From the NCBI RefSeq assembly GCF_009914755.1, contig NC_060933.1: a stretch of 64,000 nt of DNA; one strand, given 5' to 3'. Positions 56,069 to 64,000 of this stretch are shown here, one piece after another; within the stretch, counting starts at the first letter, position 1; every line of letters begins with the position of its first letter. The position numbers were made by a program, and so were the translations under genes. The notes under the pieces were generated by a model. The model made no database searches, was not told where the DNA came from, and saw nothing but the letters and a program-made list of their open reading frames with translations. Source of the DNA: the human T2T-CHM13v2.0 reference genome, Homo sapiens.

Positions 56069-58369
56069 CTGGGCAGGACAGAAAAACAGGTTTGAGCTCC
56101 ATGGAATCTCTCCTTATCTCCTTTTCCATTTCCCTAGGGAAACCCAAAGCCTAGTGGTTGCCTGTGTTTCTAGAGCACTCTTGATGTGTTCCACAAGACA
56201 GGGAGCAATGTGAAAGGAGGGACCAGGTCTTGTTCACACCAGCATGACAGAGAGGGGAAAAAGGGTTACTGTGTTACTTCCTGACATCTCTAGGGCTGGA
56301 AGGCTGGGAAGAACCTTGGCATCACTGGAAGGATGGAAAACAGTATGGCTCTGCACGGGGTATAAGAAATGTGCAGATTGGGAAGGGGGAAAAGGTTAAG
56401 ATTGGGAATGTCACCGGAGCCAGTGTCACTGAAGAAACTGGAGGAGGGGAGATGATGAGCGAAGAAGAGCTTAGGGGTGATGGTAGGGAGAGCTAAAGAG
56501 GCCCCTAGAATGCGTGATATAACTCTCCTGCATGTCTCCTCCCAAAACATTCAGTAAAGTCAACATTGCTCAGCAATGCTTTATGGAGTTGGATTTGCCT
56601 TTTTGGAAGGTGAAAAAAAAAACACAGGCGGATGAAAACAGAGCATCCCCATAAAATCAGTCACCTTGGGGATCACACTTGTGTCCTTAGTGGCCAACTT
56701 TGTATCATGGGCAAGGCTCTTTTGTTTGCAGTTCTCTGAAGCCTGGCATGCCATATGCCCTCAGTAAATGGCTGCTGAATGAGCAGATTCACTCAATGTC
56801 TATGAAAGCAGGAGGCTTGTAAGGGTTTGCCTCTCTCTTCCTCTCCAGCCTCCCTCCAGTTCCCCAGGAACATAGATTATTTTGCAGATCAACTAGGGCT
56901 TTGGGCAAAGTTTCAGCTGGATTTGTTCATTCTTCTCTGATTTGCTTTGACTGTCCTTGGTCAGGATTGCAGCCAACTTGAAACAAACACAAAACAAAAT
57001 AGGAAAACAGAAGAATAAAATAACACCAGTATATTCCTTTAAAACCCTGTCTAGTGCTAATAGAACTGACAAGAGGAAATAGTATTTAAGCAATAAGAGG
57101 GCTTTGTTCATGTCAGAGAATCCTGTAGCTATGAATGCTTCAGATGCAGAGATAAGACCCCCAATCCAGCCTTCAGAGATGTGCTTCACCAAGCTCTGCT
57201 GGGAGACAGGCAGCTAAGAACACAAGGGGAAAGAATTCCAAAATGATACATGTCGAATTGCTGGCCTGGATTTCAAATTCCATAGATAGTTTATGCAAAG
57301 TCTTGCGCTGTTGTAAAGTGTAACACAATCCACTGGCAGATCTGCCTAAACCCGGTCCCAGTTGTTTTTGAGAAAAATAAATAAACTTAAAAACGTCTTC
57401 CAGCCCATTTAAGTGGCTATGTTCTACCCTTAGCCTCCTCAGTGTGAGGCTTCTAGAGATTTGAATAACTGAAGCCATCACCTAATTCGTCAGCAATGGG
57501 ATAGGAGATTCATGGCATGTTTCTTCTCAAGAAGTTACCAGTGATATTCAGAGAATTAATATTGTGCTTTCAGAACCTATCAATTCCTAGGGCCAGGGTG
57601 AGGGGAACTTTGGCAGCTAACACATTTCAATACTTTTTGATGCTTTTAAAGCAATGAAACTCTTTTCTTAAAAGAAATATTATAAGGCAGCTTTATATAT
57701 ACAACAGGTGAGTGCAGATGCTCTGTTTGAAATAGTAGAGTGGAAACTAAGTAGATCTTCTCTACATCATGATCCCCTGGCCAACTTCTTCATGGAATCC
57801 AAGGAATCCATGGAAGACATGTGAAAACCTATTGTCTAACCCAACATTCGGATGTGCAAGGTAAACTAAGGGCCAAAAGACAAGACAACTTGTTCAAAAT
57901 TGCACACCACATTTTGGTTATCTGTATTATCCATATTGTATTTGCAACTTTACTATAAATATGAAATTACTTCAACAAAAGTTTTATTTAAAAATAAAAG
58001 TATTAATGCTTGCAACTGCAGATTATAATGCAACCATGTGCTTTGATTAGTGTCTCATTATTATAAAGAGAATTGAGACCTGGCATTTTCCAAGACCTCC
58101 TCGAAGCCAGAACCATTGCAAGAAGTAATGGAAAGAGAGACATTTGAATTTGCACAGATTTATAGATGGGATTCCCAGGATGGAATATAGCATAGAATAT
58201 AGATGGGATTCTCAGCAAGATGGTGCCAAGAGTAAGAAGGATGGGCTGTCATAGAAAATTCAGACCTGGTCCCGTTCATTGGAGCCCACTGTACTGAACA
58301 CATTGTTAGGAAAACTGATGTTGATGGTTTTATATCTATTTTCAATGGCTTTCTAAGCTAACAGTTTGG

Positions 58370-59030
58370 ATTTTTTTTAATTTATAAAATTACATATGAT
58401 GATGTAAACCAAAACCACCTATGTATAACAGGTGTATGCACTACCTGAAATTGACAACTATACAAGTTTTTCATATTTGCTTCATGTCTCTTTCTGTAAG
58501 AAAAATAACACACCACAAATAAGATTGAGGTCCTTTTTTTTCCTGACTCCCGGTGTCATTTCCTTTCCTTGATACACAGAGGCAACTACCACCCTGAATT
58601 TGATGTATAGTTCTCTACTCTATTTTTAATTCACATGAATCGCTGGGCAATATATAGTTTTGCTTTGTGTTATTTTTATAAATGACGTCATGATGTACTT
58701 ATCCATTTGCACCTTGTTTCTTTTTTCCTCTCAATGTTATGTTTTGCGATCTCTCCATGTTGATGTCTATGAGCTTACCATTAGGGCTTCCTTTTTATTT
58801 GGCTAGAGACCATACTGAGCCAAGTGTTAAACTATTTTTATATCATCCTTGTATATGAATCCAGTTTATTTCTCTTACTGTTCCTTTGCCATAATAGAAT
58901 TCTGTCATGTGAATATTTCATATTTTATACATTTCTCCACCAACAGGAGAACATATAGACTATTTCCAATCTTTTCCTACTATATTTATTGTAGAAATGG
59001 ATATTCTTAATCCTTGTATATACTTTTCCA
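58370..59030 (-). mobile_element. Old L1ME-type fragment
   Basis: cagaggcaactaccaccctgaatttgatgtat; ctccatgttgatg; gaacatatagactatttccaatctttt. Confidence 0.6.
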
Positions 59031-59617
59031 TTTTACTTTTGTTTTTGCTTGTTTTAGGTGTTTATGTTTGTTTGATCTTGTTGAGGATATATCACTTTTT
59101 TTCAATAGCATATGAGATCCTCAGGGCTCTCCAGGTCAGCCGTACTTTTCGGATGAGTAGAATGCACTGACAAGACATGAAATGACAGGCCCAAATTCAC
59201 AGGGAAGTTTTGTGAGAGAAGCCACATTAGAGACCAGAGGAGAAGTACCAATTTGGGATGACCTTCTACCAAAGACCTCACCGATTTCAAGGACAGCTCA
59301 GCTGTTCCTATCCTCTTTCCCTCATTGCACTGTTTTCTGTTTATATTTATATATACATTTGTAATTACTTGACTAATATCTGCACACATTGCCTGCTCTA
59401 AGCTCTTCAGCATCTGTCTTTTTTATCATTTTGTCCCAGAGTGTTTGACAAGCAATAGTTACTCAATAAATATCATTTGAATGAATGAATGAACCAGTAA
59501 ACGAAGTGACATTTGAATATGCAAGAAACCCCTAAGTTTGAAGAATCCTGCTTGTCTATAAATGTTTCCTGTTTCTTTTAATACTGTTTGGTATTTACTA
59601 TCATTGAGAATGAATTT

Positions 59618-59663
59618 GTGTGTGTGTGTGTGTGCGTGTGTGTGTAGGGGTGTGTGTGTGTGT
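59618..59663. repeat. Interrupted (TG)n tract ~600 nt upstream of the 60267 exon
   Basis: Read directly. Confidence 0.9.
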
Positions 59664-60266
59664 ATAAAGTGATGGAACTGATTTTCTTTGTTGATGGAAA
59701 AGCAAATACTAATGTTTTCAGTCTTTTCTCTGTTGTAATATCACTTGGAGCACAATTTACAGATTTGTTCTAAAATCTTCTACTTGACACTCAAGATTCT
59801 ATGAGATCTAATTGTTCAACCCACTTTTCTGCCACTGTCCCTCAGCCTCAGTAGTAACCATTTGATCACAACTTAAGGCGTTTGATCAAACCTAAGCATT
59901 CTGGGTTTCTGCTTTCCTCTGAGCCTTGCTTCTGTTCCCTCTGCCTGCAATGCCCTTCCTCTTATCACTGCCCTACTCTTCCAGGCCCAAATCAAATAAC
60001 AACTCCTCCAAGATTTGTCTCCGTGAGAATATCTCTGTCATCTCTACCATCAAAATATGTTATCTATTATATCCTTAAAAGTGTTGAGGATTACCTCTTC
60101 TACATTAGAATGTGAGCTCCTGGACCAGATTCTGGTCTTTTCATCCCTGTTTTTTCCTGTGGTGCCAAGAGCAAAATAGGTGAACAGTAAAGGTTTGTAA
60201 AATTGAATTTAGTTGAACTTCTGACACTCTCTAAAACATGATTATTTTTTCTTTATATTTTTCCAG

Positions 60267-60380
60267 GTGTGTCGAACCAAGGTGATAGATCTCAGTGAAG
60301 GCATTTCCCAGCATGCCTGGTACCCTTGCACCATCAGCTACCCATATTCCCAGCTGGCTCAGACCACTTTTTGGCTCCGG
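60267..60380 (+). CDS. PAPPA: PAPPA coding exon (probably exon 11), 114 nt, phase 0-0: VCRTKVIDLSEGISQHAWYPCTISYPYSQLAQTTFWLR
   Basis: T-rich acceptor ttttccAG at 60265-66, donor CGG|GTaagc at 60381; 38 codons in frame. Confidence 0.97.
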
Positions 60381-60959
60381 GTAAGCTGAAGCTCTGAGAG
60401 CTTTGGAATCTCCAGCAGCGAGCCACAGAAAACACTGACTCCCATGACCCTTTCTGAAGATGGGTTGTCTACCTGCTGAGGGTGTTAATTGTAAGAACAG
60501 GGAACAAAACACTTAGCAGTGTGATGCTTCCTGAAATGGAATCCTAATTGCTCATGGAATGCCCCCACTGAGCTCTTGTTTTAGCAAAGAGTTTGGATAC
60601 ATCTTGTCTGCCTGGAACCTCCTATTCATTGTTCAAGATCTTTTAAAATTATCTTTTCCTCCTTGAACCTTTTACTGATCACCAGAAAAAGAAGTGACCA
60701 TTATCTCCCTTCTTGTCCTGCATGTTTGGTCGCTTGTTGGATGGTACTTGTCACATGGTATTACAGAACTGTCTATGGTCTTTCTTTCTGGCTAAGGATT
60801 GTGGATATTACTGCATTTTGGCTTGTGTGTCACTGACCTACTTTGAATTCCCAAAAATGCAAGGGCCATATCTTATTTAGCTTTCTCTCCTCAAAGCCGA
60901 GTGCAGAGGTTGACATGGAGAAGTGAAAGATAACAGTATGCACCTTTTTTTGTGTGTGT

Positions 60960-61197
60960 GGGTTTTAGTGTGGACCGGGACCTTTGCTACACGCTTTACT
61001 CTCATTATCTTACTAGAACCTCACAACAATCCTATGATGTACCTGTTGATTTTTTTATTTTTTTTTAATCCACCATTTGGAAATAATGGAACTTAGACCC
61101 AGAGTGGCCCAGCCATTCACTCAATGTCACACAGCTAAGTATGAGCAGAGAAAGATTGAAATTGGGTTTCTGATCTCAGAGCCTGTGCTCTTCACTG
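60960..61197 (-). mobile_element. MIR in the short intron between the 60267 and 61356 exons
   Basis: aacctcacaacaatcctatgatgta...gtcacacagctaagtatgagcagag...tctcagagcctgtgctcttc. Confidence 0.75.
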
Positions 61198-61355
61198 TTA
61201 GGTTTCATTGCCTCCTCCTTCCCATCTTGGACCCCTGATGAGTAGTAGCCCAGTTCTTAAAAAGGAAGTTTCTCCTCAAATGCACCCCCATGTGGCTGCC
61301 TCCCCACCACATGACTGAGTGCACATGTGACCCTCCTACGTCTTCACAATTTCAG

Positions 61356-61491
61356 GCGTATTTTTCTCAACCAATGGTTGCCGCAGCTGTCATTGTCCAC
61401 CTGGTGACGGATGGGACATATTATGGGGACCAAAAGCAGGAGACCATCAGCGTGCAGCTGCTTGATACCAAAGATCAGAGCCACGATCTAG
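61356..61491 (+). CDS. PAPPA: PAPPA coding exon (probably exon 12), 136 nt, phase 0-1: AYFSQPMVAAAVIVHLVTDGTYYGDQKQETISVQLLDTKDQSHDL(G)
   Basis: Acceptor aatttcAG at 61354-55, donor G|GTaagc at 61492; lies inside ORF-track entry 61290..61556. Confidence 0.97.
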
Positions 61492-63885
61492 GTAAGCATG
61501 CTCTCTTGGTCTTGGCTTGCTTTCAGTACCTGCTTCCACCTCTGCCCCATAACTAGTTGTGAGGATCAGCTTAGAATGAGCTCTTCCTTCCTTTTTCCCC
61601 TTTCTTGCTTCTTTTCTATTTGGCATTCTGGTTGCCCTCAAATCAAGATGTGGTTATGTATCCAGAGAAATCAAGATCTGGCAGATACAGGGATAAGGGG
61701 CCAATGGCCAAGCACTCCCTTCTGCCAGCCACCTTTAACTCAGACATCCTGTATTATTCCCCACAGACCCCAAGAAGGAGAGAGACTGAGTAAGAGCCAT
61801 TTCCCCGTTGTACATGTCACCATCTGAGACCCAAAGAGAGGCACTGAGAGACCCCAAGTCACATGGCAGGTCAGGAATTACTAGTTAGATTTTCAGCGTC
61901 ATAGCCTATTGCTTTTTACCCTATAACCGGGAGTGTTCATGACCCTCCACCCCAAGTGGGGACTGTATCACCAGTACAACCTCTGGAGAAGTTTCCAATG
62001 AGAATAGGAATAGGAATATTGTAGGAGTAGGGAGGCAGTTGAGGAGTCAGGTTCTACCATGGGAGGACCTCCCTGAGTGCAGGGCCAAGGGGGAGGACAA
62101 GGGCTGGACTTGGCCACTTGTACCACCCCTTTGAATACCCACATGCACCGTGGTCCAGAGGAGAGAGCCTGAATCCAGAGCTGACAGCTGAGGTTTGGAT
62201 CCTGTCCCCACCACTCACTCACCTTGAGAAGGTGAGCAATCTTCCTGTCCTCACAGCACATCACTTAGAGGCTCACTTGCTTCACATACACAGCAAGGAC
62301 AATGATATCCACCTTAGAGTCAGAGTGCACTATTATTTGACACTGTTGTAACCATGCCTAGCACAAGATCGGGCCCTAAGAATTCCTATTGTCGCTAAGA
62401 ATTTCCTATGACACCTTCACACTTCCAGTCTACCCTGGAGAGCTCTGGGCAGCCTGGATACTCCAAGTATTTGGAATTTTTGGCCACTACTGAAGCCTGG
62501 ACTTCAAAGTTGTGCCCACACCATTCTGCAGAGAACGCCTTTCAAAGACCTGTATGAAGCAAGCCAGGCAAGGGGTCATTTCAGGGTCAGATAAAAGCCA
62601 AGGGAGCAGGGAAGATTTTCTTGTTTTGTTTTTATGCTTGTTTATTTAGTTCCTTTTAAAGGCAAGGGGAACCTATGAATAAGGAAGAGAAAGAAAACCC
62701 CTCTGGACTTAGCAGGATTCCTGGGAAATTTCCCTAAGTGAGAAACAAATATTTTCATAGTTGTCGTTGCACAGCCCAGGGCTCTGAGGAGAGGTTTTTT
62801 CAGCAGAGTGGGGAAAAGTCTGGTTCCACAGGAGCTCTTTGGATCCTGGTACTGATGCCTGAGGCTTTTCTGTTTTTCCCCTCCACCCCCACCATCACCA
62901 TCTTCCTCAGTCTATGACATCCCAGCATTCTCCGAGGCAGCTTCACCTCTGGAACTGAGAAGGGCACCTGCTTCAGGCTTCCACATGGGAGATTTCTCCT
63001 TACATAGCAAGCCCGCCAGGACATGGTTAGGATTATACCATTTTTTGGATGTGAAAACTGAGTTTTAGGGGCTTTCTGGAGTCCCATTATTAGGAAGGGG
63101 CTACACCAGCATTTAAACTCAGGTCCACCCAACACCAAAGCCAACTTCTGTTTTGCTAATTCCATCTTGCCACAGCCTTCCTTTCCTTCTGTCCCTTGTG
63201 TATCTTTTCTCCCTGGCCCTCTCCCTTCCTTCTTGGAGAATGGGAACCTGCTGGCTGCATTAAAAAAAAAAAAAAAAAAAAAAAACAGGGCTCTTGAGTG
63301 AGGCAAGCTTGAATTCTCCCTAGAGTTTTAGCCATGCCTGGGCTGTGCTTCTCTGGAAAACCACCCCTGCCCACGATTCTCAACCTCTTCTGCAGACTAA
63401 GCAAGAAGTCCTTCCCTCTCAGGGCTGCTCCCAGGTTCACAGATTACTTATGAGAGTGGGCTTTTTACCCTGGGAAGCGCCTGTTGCTATGAATTATTTC
63501 CATCACTTTTCCAACTGACCAGGCAGGCAGCCTGAAACTCAGCAACTCAGACCAACAAGCCCTACAGCAATGTGGGAGGGAGGTGAGGGCCTGGGATGCT
63601 TGGCTGAGGGGTGGCCATTTGGGGGAGGGAGAGGGACTTTGGGCAGTAGGTGAAGGGGAAGCTTAGGGGGCAGGGAGGCAGGGGGATTGGAAAGATTTGG
63701 AACCAAGAAAAAAAGGCAGACAAAGAAACTTTCAATCAGACTCAAAATCCTCACCGGCCGCCCAATGGTGCTTTTGTGCAGTGACATGAAAGGGTCTGGG
63801 GGCTTCGGGAAGGGCCCGTTGGGGAGGGCGTGACTGGCCTTGAGTAATGAGCCTGGCCCCTCGGCCCCTCTGTCTCCCCTGACAG

Positions 63886-64000
63886 GCCTCCATGTCCTGA
63901 GCTGCAGGAACAATCCCCTGATTATCCCTGTGGTCCATGACCTCAGCCAGCCCTTCTACCACAGCCAGGCGGTACGTGTGAGCTTCAGTTCGCCCCTGGT
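63886..64000 (+). CDS. PAPPA: PAPPA coding exon (probably exon 13), cut by window end: (G)LHVLSCRNNPLIIPVVHDLSQPFYHSQAVRVSFSSPLV
   Basis: Acceptor tctcccctgacAG at 63884-85; G|GC completes Gly; open to the window end; matches recalled PAPP-A. Confidence 0.96.

Overview
Primate (very likely human) genomic DNA from the interior of PAPPA (pappalysin-1 / pregnancy-associated plasma protein A), transcribed on the + strand. Five coding exons can be read directly: 395-486, 31783-31976, 60267-60380, 61356-61491 and 63886->64000 (probably exons 9-13, numbering from memory). They have GT-AG boundaries and compatible phases, and splice into one open frame (..[83 protein letters not shown]..). About 99% of the window is intron: 14 Alus (many with clear TSDs), many MIR/L2 relics, L1M fragments, an MLT1 LTR, MER DNA transposons (MER58A x2, MER2 x2, MER3, MER94) and microsatellites. 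Almost all ORFs in the supplied track are spurious. I see no convincing new multi-gene system. The best second-look items are: a perfect 30-bp AT-rich palindrome inside a higher-order TA array; an 88-codon +1-frame ORF across the first three exons; convergent sense/antisense splice donors near 47.6 kb with an antisense poly(A) signal at 14.9 kb; a decayed ~30-bp tandem array beside a palindromic TCF/LEF site pair; inverted MER2 and Alu pairs; and several candidate intronic enhancers. Boundaries of old repeats are approximate.
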